A stretch of DNA of 64,000 nt. Source: a virus. The notes under the pieces are model-generated. The model made no database searches. It was not told the DNA's origin and saw only the letters and a list, made by a program, of their open reading frames with translations. The stretch is from positions 64,001-128,000 of the IMG/VR virus record IMGVR_UViG_3300023176_005537. One strand, written 5' to 3'. Both the position numbers and the translations under genes were made by a program. Shown here piece by piece: positions 9,832 through 20,700 of the stretch; position 1 is the first letter of the stretch, and the number at the start of each line of letters is the position of its first letter.

Positions 9832-10676
9832 AGCAAGAGAAAAAAATTGCTTGTTTGATCTATTTTTTTGGCAAAAGGTACGAAAGAATAGGAAAATGCG
9901 CTGTTGATAGTTTTAAAAAATATCATCCGGATGTTGATTTGATTCATGTTAACAAAGAAAATGCTGAACAATATCGTTCAACAGAGAAACTTAAATTAGT
10001 TGGCCATGGCATATACAAATATATGCTAGCTGCTGAAATTATGATGAGATTTAAGTATGATAAAATCATCGTCCTAGGTGCAGATACCATAACTTGTTCT
10101 AGATTGACAGAATTTATTGATAACGATGAAGATGATATATTAGCCACGTTGGATTATCCATACAGGCTATATTCTAGACATCGTAATATGTTTTTATCAC
10201 CAGATTCTGAAACACATCTTAATGCAGATGTGGTTTGTTTCAATAATCCTTCTGCTATAGTCGATATTGTTAGAATTGCTAAATCATTCCCAGAGTATGT
10301 GGAGCAGGCTGGGTTGAATTATGTTGTATGGTCTGAAGATTATAACTATTCGTGTTCAATTGTTGATGGCCCATACAAGACTAGCGAGGTTGTATACAAT
10401 GCTCGCGCAAAAGGAAATATCGTAGCCAAGCCGAACACAAAACCTTGGGGAGAGCATACTAATAAATTCTATGTGAAAGATCAAAAGTTGTATACCGGCG
10501 ATAATAAGCAAATTAAAGTTTGGCATTATTGTGATGGCTTGGGAGTTCAAACTGATGCAGTATTTATGGGCACAATGAATCATTATATTAATGATTGGTT
10601 TAATAAAGAGACAAAAGAGTTCTTTGAAGAATGCTGTGATTGTGGAGACTTTTTCAAAAGAGAGTTTGCTTTTTAA
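9825..10676 (+). CDS. Putative GT-A glycosyltransferase
   Basis: SFKKYHPD, YDKIIVLGAD, LNAD and EQ..LN resemble GT8-like motifs; lies in the glycan operon. Confidence 0.55.
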   Translation: MVKQEKKIACLIYFFGKRYERIGKCAVDSFKKYHPDVDLIHVNKENAEQYRSTEKLKLVGHGIYKYMLAAEIMMRFKYDKIIVLGADTITCSRLTEFIDNDEDDILATLDYPYRLYSRHRNMFLSPDSETHLNADVVCFNNPSAIVDIVRIAKSFPEYVEQAGLNYVVWSEDYNYSCSIVDGPYKTSEVVYNARAKGNIVAKPNTKPWGEHTNKFYVKDQKLYTGDNKQIKVWHYCDGLGVQTDAVFMGTMNHYINDWFNKETKEFFEECCDCGDFFKREFAF

Positions 10677-10679
10677 TAT

Positions 10680-11582
10680 ATGAGAATTTTACTTACAACA
10701 AACAAAACATACAGAGGCTTTTTAGATGGTGGTTATTACCATTTCTTCTCGGCATTAGAGGAGTTAGGGCACGATGTTTATTTTTATGATACGGTCAAAC
10801 CAGATGAAGTAAGTTATTCTAAAGTTATAGAATCCTTTAAGCCAGATGTTATATGGTCTTGTTTGACGGGTGATGCCAACATCGCCCCATATGAACCAAC
10901 AAGAGAGATTAAAAGAGAAACAAAGAGAGGTAGAATCAAGACATTCAATTGGTTTTGCGATGATACTTGGAGATTTGAAACGTTTTCCAAAAAAGTGTGT
11001 AATTTTTTTACTTGCTGCTCCACTCCAGAGCCGCTTTATTTAGAGAAATATAAGCAAATAGGGTATGATAATATACTTTTAGGAAACTGGCATATAAATA
11101 ACAAATACATCAAAAGAGTAGACTTTGAACAGAAAGACATTGACATTTCTTTCATAGGCAATATGACCAAACAAAGAAAGAATTTTTTTGATAATGTTGA
11201 CATCGAGGTTAGCAACTTTTTTGGTTTAACAAACGAGCAACTTTTCAACACACACGGTAGAACAAAGATCGGAATTAATTTAAGCAGGAACGATAATGAT
11301 CCTTTGCGGAAAACGCAAATGAAACAAAGAATATTTGAAATAGCCGCTTCAGGTGGGCTAGTCGTGACTGAATATCATAAAGGAATCGAAGAGTTTTTTA
11401 CAATCGATAAAGAAATCATAACGTTTGAAACAGTCGATGAGTTCAATAAAAAAGTTATTTTTCTGTTAAAAAACCCCAAATTAACAGAAAAGATTGCAAA
11501 TAACGGATACAAAAGATTCTGCAAAGAGCACGAATCTAAAATTAGATTGTCAAAAATCTTAACAAAGATAGTGGAAATATAA
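10680..11582 (+). CDS. Glycosyltransferase (CgeB / Glyco_trans_1_2-like)
   Basis: WFCDD, ISFIG, KIGINLS, KQRIFEIAASGG, IA.NGY.R..KEH motifs. Confidence 0.8.
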   Translation: MRILLTTNKTYRGFLDGGYYHFFSALEELGHDVYFYDTVKPDEVSYSKVIESFKPDVIWSCLTGDANIAPYEPTREIKRETKRGRIKTFNWFCDDTWRFETFSKKVCNFFTCCSTPEPLYLEKYKQIGYDNILLGNWHINNKYIKRVDFEQKDIDISFIGNMTKQRKNFFDNVDIEVSNFFGLTNEQLFNTHGRTKIGINLSRNDNDPLRKTQMKQRIFEIAASGGLVVTEYHKGIEEFFTIDKEIITFETVDEFNKKVIFLLKNPKLTEKIANNGYKRFCKEHESKIRLSKILTKIVEI

Positions 11583-12488
11583 ATGGAAGTATTGGTAACT
11601 GGCGGTTCAGGATTTGTTGGAACCAGATTGCAAAAAAAGCAGAAAAATTGGACATATATTTCTTCTAAAGATTATGATTTGACGGTCAAAGATCATTGCC
11701 GGCAAATGCTTTTAGATATAAAACCTGATGTTGTTCTTCATTTGGCTGGTAAAGTTGGTGGAATAAAAGAAAATAATAAAAAACAAGCAGACTTTTATTA
11801 TACCAACACCATGATTAATACCAATATTTTAGAAGAATCGTATCGTGCAGGGGTGGGAAGGGTTCTGTCTTCTTTAAGCACATGTGCTTTCCCAGATAAG
11901 CTAGACAAATACCCATTTACAGAAGAAGATCTGTTAATAGGACCACCGGCTGTAACAAACTTTTCTTATGGATATGCAAAGAGGAGCTTGTTTGTGCAGT
12001 CATTATCATATTCACGCCAGTATGGTGTAAATTATAATTGTTTTTGCCCCTCAAATCTATATGGGCCTGATGATAATTTTGATTTAGAGAGTGGTCATTT
12101 TGTGCCGAATTTAATTCGAAAAGTTTTTGAATCAGGTATGAAAAAGAATATTGAACTGTGGGGGACCGGTAAGCCTTTGAGGCAACAATTGTATGTTGAC
12201 GATTTGGTTCAGCTTATTCCCGTTTTAATAAAAAAGCACAAAGGGGATTCCCCATTGATAGTGGCTCCTAATGAGAATTATTCGATCAGAGAGTTGGCTA
12301 ATCTTTTAATTGAGCAATTGGATAGAGATTTTAATATTGTGTTTAATAATGAATTGGATGGACAATTCAGAAAAGATGGAGATAACAAGCGTCTTCTAGG
12401 CGTAGTAGGTGATTATAACTTTACCACTTTTAAAGAAGGGGTTATGAAAACATATGAATGGTATGAAAAAAACTATGAAAAACAATAA
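11583..12488 (+). CDS. fcl: GDP-L-fucose synthase (GDP-4-keto-6-deoxymannose epimerase/reductase)
   Basis: [42 protein letters not shown]. Confidence 0.9.
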   Translation: MEVLVTGGSGFVGTRLQKKQKNWTYISSKDYDLTVKDHCRQMLLDIKPDVVLHLAGKVGGIKENNKKQADFYYTNTMINTNILEESYRAGVGRVLSSLSTCAFPDKLDKYPFTEEDLLIGPPAVTNFSYGYAKRSLFVQSLSYSRQYGVNYNCFCPSNLYGPDDNFDLESGHFVPNLIRKVFESGMKKNIELWGTGKPLRQQLYVDDLVQLIPVLIKKHKGDSPLIVAPNENYSIRELANLLIEQLDRDFNIVFNNELDGQFRKDGDNKRLLGVVGDYNFTTFKEGVMKTYEWYEKNYEKQ

Positions 12489-13458
12489 GACAGCTATTAT
12501 TACTGGCGCGACTGGTCAAGATGGCTCTTATCTTGTAGAGCTTCTTTTAGATAAGGGGTATTTTGTTGTTGGATGTAAGAGAAGAACATCCATTATCTGT
12601 ACAGAAAGATTGGATCACATTTATGATCATCCAAACTTTAAATTAGAATATTTTGATTTAAATGATGTTGGTAACATTTATCGCCTTTTGATGAAATATA
12701 AGCCGGATGAGTTCTATAATTTAGCAGCACAATCTCACGTTCGAGTTTCTTTTGATATTCCAGAACATACAGTCGATGGAGTGGCAATGGGAACTTTGAG
12801 AATTCTAGAGGCGATTAAGAATGTTCTCCCAACGTGCCGTTTCTATCAGGCTAGCTCTTCAGAAATGTTTGGGGACAATCCTGAAAATCCACAAAATGAA
12901 GAGACGGCTTTGATGCCTGCATCACCATATGCCTGTGCAAAGGTGTTTGCTCACAATTTGATTAGAAATTATAGAGAATCATATGGGCTCCATCTCTCTT
13001 CGGGGATTTTATTCAACCATGAATCTCCTAGAAGAGGCGAAACTTTTGTGACAAGAAAGATCACAATGGCAGCAGTAAGGATTAAATTGGGCTTGCAACA
13101 AAAGCTATATCTAGGAAATCTAGACGCAAAAAGAGATTGGGGTTTCGCAGGGGATTACGTTGAAGCAATGTGGATGATGCTACAACAAGAGCAGCCAGAT
13201 GACTATGTTGTTGCAACAGGTGAAACACACACTGTAAGGCAGTTTTTAGACGTTGTTTTTGAATATGCGGGTCTAGACACCAAAAAGTATGTAGAGGTTG
13301 ATGAGCGGCTTTTTAGACCCCACGAAGTGCCTCTGCTTTTGGGCGATGCTACCAAGGCAGAGAAGAAATTAGGATGGAAGCCAAAAGTTAGATTTAATGA
13401 ATTGGCAATTATGATGTATGAAGAAGATCTTAAAAAATTAAAAGGAGAAGTAAAATGA
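12475..13458 (+). CDS. gmd: GDP-mannose 4,6-dehydratase
   Basis: [59 protein letters not shown]. Confidence 0.95.
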   Translation: MKNNKTAIITGATGQDGSYLVELLLDKGYFVVGCKRRTSIICTERLDHIYDHPNFKLEYFDLNDVGNIYRLLMKYKPDEFYNLAAQSHVRVSFDIPEHTVDGVAMGTLRILEAIKNVLPTCRFYQASSSEMFGDNPENPQNEETALMPASPYACAKVFAHNLIRNYRESYGLHLSSGILFNHESPRRGETFVTRKITMAAVRIKLGLQQKLYLGNLDAKRDWGFAGDYVEAMWMMLQQEQPDDYVVATGETHTVRQFLDVVFEYAGLDTKKYVEVDERLFRPHEVPLLLGDATKAEKKLGWKPKVRFNELAIMMYEEDLKKLKGEVK

Positions 13459-13658
13459 AATTATCACCGCAAGCAATGGGAGCCTTGATGCTGGCTCTTC
13501 AAAATTCAATCTTGGAACAATCAGACATTGTTCCAGTTTTGCAAGATTTTGATTTCCAACTAGATCAAAATGAACTTTTGATCGTTAGTAATCCTCCAAA
13601 AGGTAAAACCTTGGAGGAATTTTCAAATGTTGGAAAAACGGAAGAATTGGATGCCTAA
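13455..13658 (+). CDS. Small hypothetical protein
   Basis: Overlaps the gmd stop; AAGGAG RBS. Confidence 0.7.
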   Translation: MKLSPQAMGALMLALQNSILEQSDIVPVLQDFDFQLDQNELLIVSNPPKGKTLEEFSNVGKTEELDA

Positions 13659-13914
13659 GTACGATTATTGTTGCAAGATCTGTGGATTTGTTTTTGAGTA
13701 TCGTCATCAAATGAGCGAAACTCTTGAAAGACATCCGGACTGTAAACAAGAAGAATGTCAGGTAGAAAAAGTGCCTTCTTTTCATAGGCATTTTATCAAA
13801 ATTCAAGACAAAAAAGGTAGAAAACCGGGAGATTTAGTGAAAAAACACATTGAAGAGACAAAAGAAGAAATCAAACAGCAAAAATTAAATCTTCAAAAAG
13901 AATGGGAAAAATAA
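13651..13914 (+). CDS. FmdB-family zinc-ribbon protein
   Basis: [14 protein letters not shown] and H/C-x-x-C..C pattern. Confidence 0.75.
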   Translation: MPKYDYCCKICGFVFEYRHQMSETLERHPDCKQEECQVEKVPSFHRHFIKIQDKKGRKPGDLVKKHIEETKEEIKQQKLNLQKEWEK

Positions 13915-14292
13915 ATGTTAACTATTTATGCAACTTTGCTAACTCTCCTAGTTATAGGAGGAACATTTTATGTGGTTGCCCTTCTTCGAAAACTTTTCTT
14001 TTTTGCTGAGAACGTCGCTGAATTAAGAGAAGAGGTGTTGGAATTCTTAGAGCACCTTAAAGCTCTTTATTCAATGGAAATGTTCTATGGGGATGAAACT
14101 TTAAAGGCTCTAATAACGCATACAAAGCATTTAAAAGACAAGATAGAAAACTTTGAAGACTTTTATTCTCTCTTGTATGAAGAGGAAGAGTATGAAGAAG
14201 AAAAAGAACTGCTGCAAGAATTAGAGGAAAATATAAAGGATGAATATGCCCCAGCCGAACAAACAACAAAATCAACCAAAGAAGAGAGGTAG
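13915..14292 (+). CDS. Hypothetical membrane-anchored protein
   Basis: N-terminal hydrophobic helix, then coiled coil and an acidic tail. Confidence 0.7.
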   Translation: MLTIYATLLTLLVIGGTFYVVALLRKLFFFAENVAELREEVLEFLEHLKALYSMEMFYGDETLKALITHTKHLKDKIENFEDFYSLLYEEEEYEEEKELLQELEENIKDEYAPAEQTTKSTKEER

Positions 14293-14965
14293 AAAAAGAA
14301 AAAAAGAGAACATGTACTTTACCAAGTTTCACGAACAGCAAATCATAAAGTACAACAATACAGAAGATATCAACGTTCGAAGCCGCATTTACAAGCAAGA
14401 TATCAAGCCAGTTTTCTCTGAAATGGTTGATAAAATTGTTTATACCTACCGATTCACAACCCTCCCCAACATTGATTCTCTCCGAGAAGAGTGCAAAGTC
14501 TGGTTGGTCACTATTTTAGAAAAGTTCCAACCTGAAAAGGGCCACAAAGCTTTTTCTTACTTTTCTGTGATCACCAAAAACTGGTTCATTCACGAAACCA
14601 AGAAGCACAAGAAAAAACTTAAAAAACATATTGTCATTGAAGATATTTATGAAGTTAAAGACCAACTGATCGTTGAAAATCAATATCATAAAAAAAGAGA
14701 AACCTCTGAATTTATGCTCCTTTTAGAAAAAGAAATCCAAGAATGGAAAAAAATGGATCTAAAAGAGCAAGAAGAACAACTTGTCAAAGCTATTGAGATT
14801 ATTTTCCGAGACATTGATTCAATCCCAATTTTTAATAAGAAAGCTATTTATCTATACCTTCGAGAAATCACTGGAATGAACACAAAGCAGTTAACTTCCA
14901 GCTTAACCAAGATTAGAAGAAGGTATAAAGACTTTAAACAAAGGTGGGATAACGGAGAACTCTAA
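14240..14965 (+). CDS. Phage sigma factor, T4 gp55-like (late transcription)
   Basis: KFQPEKGHKAFSYFSVITKNWF resembles sigma region 2 of the gp55 family (KFDP.K..AF.YFT.I..N.F); C-terminal helical region; lies directly before the structural genes. Confidence 0.7.
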   Translation: MNMPQPNKQQNQPKKRGRKRKKENMYFTKFHEQQIIKYNNTEDINVRSRIYKQDIKPVFSEMVDKIVYTYRFTTLPNIDSLREECKVWLVTILEKFQPEKGHKAFSYFSVITKNWFIHETKKHKKKLKKHIVIEDIYEVKDQLIVENQYHKKRETSEFMLLLEKEIQEWKKMDLKEQEEQLVKAIEIIFRDIDSIPIFNKKAIYLYLREITGMNTKQLTSSLTKIRRRYKDFKQRWDNGEL

Positions 14966-14966
14966 A

Positions 14967-15242
14967 ATGGATTACGATCAAAAGCTAGAAGAAGTCCTTG
15001 ATAACGTTAAAACTGACAGAGCAGCAATTAATTCTGTTTTGATTGATGCAATGGTTTACTTGAAAAAGAACGAAGAAAATCATAGCCGAGCAGGTATGGT
15101 TGTTGCAAAGTATTTTGAAGCACTTCAAAGGTCTAACGAGCAGTTGATCAAAGTTTTGACACTCCAAGAAAAAAAGCTGCGTCATGAAAACGACGATCTT
15201 TCCTCCGAAGAGCTTTATGATATGTTGGAAAGCGAAAAATAA
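14967..15242 (+). CDS. Hypothetical helical protein
   Basis: 91-aa ORF immediately after the sigma gene, GGAG RBS. Confidence 0.65.
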   Translation: MDYDQKLEEVLDNVKTDRAAINSVLIDAMVYLKKNEENHSRAGMVVAKYFEALQRSNEQLIKVLTLQEKKLRHENDDLSSEELYDMLESEK

Positions 15243-15253
15243 GGGGGCTTGTT

Positions 15254-16726
15254 GTGGCTGATGATTTTTATGACAAAGGCTCTGAGTTTGACACTCTAGG
15301 TTTTAATGATCTTTACTATGATGACAATCAAGCATTTGTTGAGATGCGTAAGTTCATCAGAGAAGCTGTTTATAAACCAAAGGGCATAATTTCCTCAAAT
15401 AACAGATATTCTGCTATTGTGTTAGCTCCAGATATTAATGGGGACGGCGCAGAAGCAACCGAATATTATCACGTTTATGTTCACGATATCCACGCAAACA
15501 AAAGAAATCCTCTAGAAATCGAGGTAAACAAAGATCTTTCAAAAGATCAAATAGAGAAGATCACCGCTCTTTTGATTTCTTCTGAGTTTAATGATTCACA
15601 GAGTTATGTTTTCAACCCTTCCAAGACACCGCTTAACAAAGGCGATGTTGTTGAGATAAAGTACGATGCAGTTGTTGGAGGTGTCCCAAGTCAAGGTAGG
15701 GTTGTTTCTGTTGTTGGAACTGGTGTTCCTCCCGGAGCGCAAGGCGCTTTGTCTTTTAGTACAACGGTTGACGTTCGTGCATTGGCGCAAAAAACAAGAC
15801 AAAAAACAAGGCTCTCCTCGTTAAAAACTAGCAGTGATGACTGTGAAAAAAATTCCATTAGAAAAGGAGATCAGATTAACTCTTACATTTTTAATTACGA
15901 TGGAGAGATTAGACACTTTGATTATTCTTGCAAGCCTTGCAACCAGAAAATAAGAGAAGCTGCTATTTCTATGCGGAACAGGATCGCAAGGACAAAAAAT
16001 AAATCTCTTTGGAAAGACAAACAATTTGAGCAAAGAATTAGATCAATAATGGACTCTGGTTTTGGTGGTGGAAAGTTTTATCCTTATATGTTTGGCGGGG
16101 TTCAAAAGTACACAAACCCCGGAAGATATAAGCAACCTAACAATATTTCTGGAATTTTAAAAGCGACAGGAAAAGGTTTTACAAAAGACGGATATTTCAA
16201 CAACTATTCCAATTTAATGACAACTGATGGAACAGGTATTTTCAAAGATGGTACATTTGATTGCTCTGGAATTCCTGCTTGGCTTGCTTTTGAGTTGGGT
16301 TTTATTCTTGGGTTAAGGAGTTATGACGCAAAAAGAAGTCCAAAAACTTATGATAAAGTTGCTTGGGAATACGGAAGGGGTTCTCATTCTCAAACCCTAT
16401 ACGCACTAAATTTTGGCTTGGATATCACCATTGAGCAGTTCGCATACACCCCCGGCGCTTGTGTTTTTTATGTTAGAAATAGTAGTCGGGGAAAATATGG
16501 ACATGTTGCTGTGTCGGCTGGCAAAGGATTTAAAAAATCAGGAACTAAATACAAAATAGAAACATATGAAGCAATGTTCTTCCAATATAAAACAAAATTA
16601 GCAACAAGAACTTTTTACTCTTTGAACAAGAGAGGAACACGAGCAAAACACAGAAAAGACGTAGTGGTTTTTGGCATACCAATCACATTTGCTTTAGCAG
16701 ATCAGTTTGGATTTTGGGATAGATAA
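15254..16726 (+). CDS. Putative baseplate hub protein with a C-terminal NlpC/P60 peptidoglycan endopeptidase
   Basis: FDCSG...PGACVF...GHVAV catalytic Cys/His pattern; N-terminal beta-rich OB-like segment (GDVVEIKY); baseplate gene context. Confidence 0.6.
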   Translation: MADDFYDKGSEFDTLGFNDLYYDDNQAFVEMRKFIREAVYKPKGIISSNNRYSAIVLAPDINGDGAEATEYYHVYVHDIHANKRNPLEIEVNKDLSKDQIEKITALLISSEFNDSQSYVFNPSKTPLNKGDVVEIKYDAVVGGVPSQGRVVSVVGTGVPPGAQGALSFSTTVDVRALAQKTRQKTRLSSLKTSSDDCEKNSIRKGDQINSYIFNYDGEIRHFDYSCKPCNQKIREAAISMRNRIARTKNKSLWKDKQFEQRIRSIMDSGFGGGKFYPYMFGGVQKYTNPGRYKQPNNISGILKATGKGFTKDGYFNNYSNLMTTDGTGIFKDGTFDCSGIPAWLAFELGFILGLRSYDAKRSPKTYDKVAWEYGRGSHSQTLYALNFGLDITIEQFAYTPGACVFYVRNSSRGKYGHVAVSAGKGFKKSGTKYKIETYEAMFFQYKTKLATRTFYSLNKRGTRAKHRKDVVVFGIPITFALADQFGFWDR

Positions 16727-16728
16727 AA

Positions 16729-17724
16729 ATGACAATCAGCGCAAGTAAACCTTCACAAGGTGCAAAAAGATTAAATACAGATAAAGATGCTTTGAGTACG
16801 GATCAGTTAAAAGAGATGAATAATCTGAATCCAAGTTTGCGAAAAGCTAGAATGCTAGGTGTGGGCGGCTCTCAAATGCTTGTCCCAAAACCAGAGTATA
16901 TCAAGGCAGATGGGGATATTATACTAGACAGTAAGAACTCTAATGCCTCAATAGTGGTAGGGAAAGATAGACCCTCTGGGCTAACATCAGGGTATGGAGG
17001 CTTAGGACATCAAAAATCTTCTACAATTGACATTGTCGCAGGCAGGATATCTCAATTTGCTAAAACAACAATTAGACAAGGTGGTGGCCCCGAAAGAAGA
17101 GTGTTTGCAGACCCTAACTTTCGGTATGATGCTTCTAGGATTTATATATCAGAGAAGACAGATATTGATCAAAACTTTGGGATAGTAAAGACTGATAATT
17201 TTAACACAGCACCTAGCATTACAGGCCGTCCCGCTATCGGTATGAAAGCGGATTTGGTTCGAATTGTTGGCGACGAAGGAATCAAGCTAGTCACGGGTGT
17301 ATACAACAAAGGTGATAAAACACCGGCAGGCATTCAACTGATTGCTCAAAATGCAGACAAGGGAGTTTTAGAGGTGCAGCCGTTTGTTAAAGGCAAGAAC
17401 TTTCTCCAAAGTTATTATCAAATGTATAAGAATGTTCTAATATTAAATGGGCTTTTGCAAGAGTTTGTTAATTATCAAATTTCATTTAATAGGATAGTTT
17501 CAAATCATACCCACTTTTCAAGCGCTCCGGGTGCTCCAACTACGCCTCCCGGTGTTATGACGATTGAGGCTTTTGTTAACTTGTCGTTAAGGTTGAATAA
17601 ACAAATAGAAAATATAGGAACAAGGTTGGAACAGCAAGTTGATAACCTAACCAATTGGGAACAAATCTGGACAAATCCGAAAGAAGAGACATTCTTGCTT
17701 TCAAGGTTTAATGGGACAAACTAA
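16729..17724 (+). CDS. Putative baseplate central spike (gp5-C / gpV-like)
   Basis: Beta-rich repeats and a C-terminal NHTH (HxH) metal-binding apex motif; upstream of gp25 and gp6. Confidence 0.5.
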   Translation: MTISASKPSQGAKRLNTDKDALSTDQLKEMNNLNPSLRKARMLGVGGSQMLVPKPEYIKADGDIILDSKNSNASIVVGKDRPSGLTSGYGGLGHQKSSTIDIVAGRISQFAKTTIRQGGGPERRVFADPNFRYDASRIYISEKTDIDQNFGIVKTDNFNTAPSITGRPAIGMKADLVRIVGDEGIKLVTGVYNKGDKTPAGIQLIAQNADKGVLEVQPFVKGKNFLQSYYQMYKNVLILNGLLQEFVNYQISFNRIVSNHTHFSSAPGAPTTPPGVMTIEAFVNLSLRLNKQIENIGTRLEQQVDNLTNWEQIWTNPKEETFLLSRFNGTN

Positions 17725-20700
17725 TGGCAAATTACAGTTTTCAAGAATTTGATCGCTTGGCAATAGATAATATTGAAAAGATTTCTTCCTTCGTATATTA
17801 TTTGACAGACAGCAGTAAAGAGGCCGATTGGAGAAAAATATATAATACTATTGGCGATCCTGCTAATAACAAAGAATATGTTCGCTCTCTTTTTGAAAAG
17901 GAAGCTGATCTTTCGAAGTATATTTCGCTTTTGAAGTCTTTGAGTTCTTTCTCATACAATCTTACTGGCCCAGACAGATCAATTTTCAGAGAATATATTA
18001 AATATCTAGATAATTTTTTGTCTAAAAAAGTCCAAGAAAGACAAAAAAGAGAAAAAGAAAGAAAGATTAAAGATGCATATAATGAATTAGACGAGATTGA
18101 TGCTCAAACGAGAGGTGAAAAGAAAGCTATTAAAGAGCTTAAAAAGATCCAGAAAAAGCAAAATAACAAAATTTTAAAAACAGCAGAGATAGCAAGGCAA
18201 GAAAAAGATGAGATCAACAACTATATCAATACCTATATTGATCAATTTTATAAAGCATCTTTAAGATTTAAAAATAACAATCAAAAAGTTGGCAACTTCT
18301 TTACTTCAAATTATAAAAATTTGAAATCAGACTTCACAAGAGAAGTTATGTCCTCTTCTGGTTATAAACAAGTAAATGCTTTTTATGGTGATTATGTAAG
18401 AAAGTTCAATATTGATAATTTGGCAGGTGATGCCATCAGATGTTTGACAAAAAACATTGCTTTCAGTGAGATTAAAGAAGTTTTTGAACAAAAACAGAAA
18501 GAAATTAATGATTTTATAAAAAACACAGATCAACTTATAACTGAAAGCTTGAATATAGCAGATAAAGCCTTGGGCATCACAGAAGAGGGTTTTGATTTTG
18601 CTAGCAAATATATTGTCAATTATTCAAATTCTAAAAAAACTTTAAGAATGGCTCCAATTAGAACAATAAATGATGTTCGCGTCAATAGAAAAAGAAATCA
18701 ATTTTTAAATGCAATTGTTCCAATCATAGTGACAGCAGCAACTAAGACAATCGATGTTATTGTTAACAATGTCTGTGACGAAGATGAAGTTGGTACGTTC
18801 TCTTTTGATGATATCCCTGAACTCAAAGAAGAATTAAGAAGACAGTTCGGGCTAGATTCGGATACTTTGGATGATTTTATAGGTCTTTTGGCAGATCTTT
18901 CTTCATTTTTAACAAAGATTGAGATTTGCTCCCTGTTTGAAGGAGCGGCAGAAGAGCAAGTAGTAGAGTCTGTTATCTTTTATATTGAAGCATTTTATCC
19001 AAACATTGCTTTGTATTTAAACACAGAAGAAAAAGTTAAAAACCTTTTTGTATATTTAGGAAATATCTTACCAGAAAGAGAGGAGTTGTGTGCCGATGTG
19101 GCAGTTGCATCGCTTGGGGATGATCCTTGTCTGGACCCTGACAGTTACGCTGGAAAATTGCGACCTTGCGTTTTTCAAAGGGATAAAAACAAACTTAAAT
19201 CTCTTAGAAAAGATTACATAAAAAATAAAAAAGAGGGTTTAGCAAGGGCAATTGAGATTGCCTATTTCCCAAAAGAAATGAGAGCAAATCAGCAAGAAAT
19301 CCAAAAGCTTTTGGAAAGAGAAGAACAAAGAAGAAAAGAAAGAAACTTGCTTTCGATTGTGGATGGTTATGAAACCTACTATAGAGACGGAATAGATAGC
19401 TATAAAAAGTATTATAACTTTAATTTCAACTACAACGAAGATGCAGAGCCTTTTTTAAATTCAATATTTAGGCAGTTAACTGGTTCTGATGATGCTGCTC
19501 AAGAGGATATCAATAGGATAAAGAATTCTTTAATTAAGTCTTATGAAAAAGGCATTTCTAAGATAAGCAAGCAAATCAATCCGCAGTTGGAAAAGAACAT
19601 TCTTTTAAGCGAAGGTGAGATTGGCATCGGATTATCATCCGATGGGCAATATGAATACGCCGTGTTGAAGAAATATGGAAACTTTGCAGAAAGCTCTAGA
19701 GCATTATTATATTATGTTGATGTGTTTAAAGCGGTCGACAAAGGAGCAGATCCGAAAAGATATTTTTACAATCCGGATTTAAAAGTTCCATACTATGGAA
19801 AGGAGTATGCCTACTCTTACACTCCGTTTGAAAAAAAGAGAAGAAATAGGAGCCGGTTTACTGAAATTAGCAGCTTAATTGCAATCAATGATAAAAATAA
19901 ACCATACAGTCCAATTCCCTTCGGGTTTAAAAATGAAGTTATGCTAGAGCAGAAAAAAGATGATATCAAGGAAGGAAATTCATTTACAAATTACTTGTAC
20001 AACTCTCTTGGTATTGACTATGGTAAGGTAGGGAGAGATGATCCAAACTCTTTGAGAGATGAAAAATACAAAAGAGAATTGCACACGACATATAATCAGT
20101 TGGCAAAGATTTGTTACAACAGTGTTTATTCTAGAAAAGTTCCTGTTGCCGCATCAAACAATTCCTTTGATTCGTCGAAGATTTCGTCATATGATGTTAT
20201 TCCACCTTACTATCCGGCAGATGATGGAAGCTTCTGTGGGAGATTGTTTTCATCACCATCCGGCTCTTTGAAATATAAAGAGTTGGTGAACTTCAAAGAA
20301 GAAGCTAGAATTGTTGCTGGGGTTGACATTTTTGATTACTACAAACCAGCAGCAAATGAAATTATTGATGAAGAGTTGGAAAGAGAAAGGTATTTAGACC
20401 TTTTGTTGAAGTTCAAGCTTCAGGTGGCTAGTTTTGTTTTAAAGTCAATTCACGTCTTTTCCCAGTTTAATTTTGAAGAAGTTGATGTAGATGATATGAT
20501 GAAAGATTTCATTTACATTCAAATGTTCAGAAATTTAATCTTCAAAGATGCACTGGGATCGCAAAAAAGTTTTGATTATTTAAGATTGACACAACCTGAA
20601 AAGCAAGAGTTTCTAAAAAAGATAAGATATTTTGATTTTGCACCAGAGTTTGTCGACAAGATTGAAAAAGAAATTGATGATATAAAACAAAAAATATCCG

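Noticed and set aside
382-13458. Bacterial chromosomal O-antigen locus
   Set aside because: No wzx/wzy/wzm and no housekeeping flanks; contiguous and co-oriented with phage sigma, baseplate, terminase and portal genes
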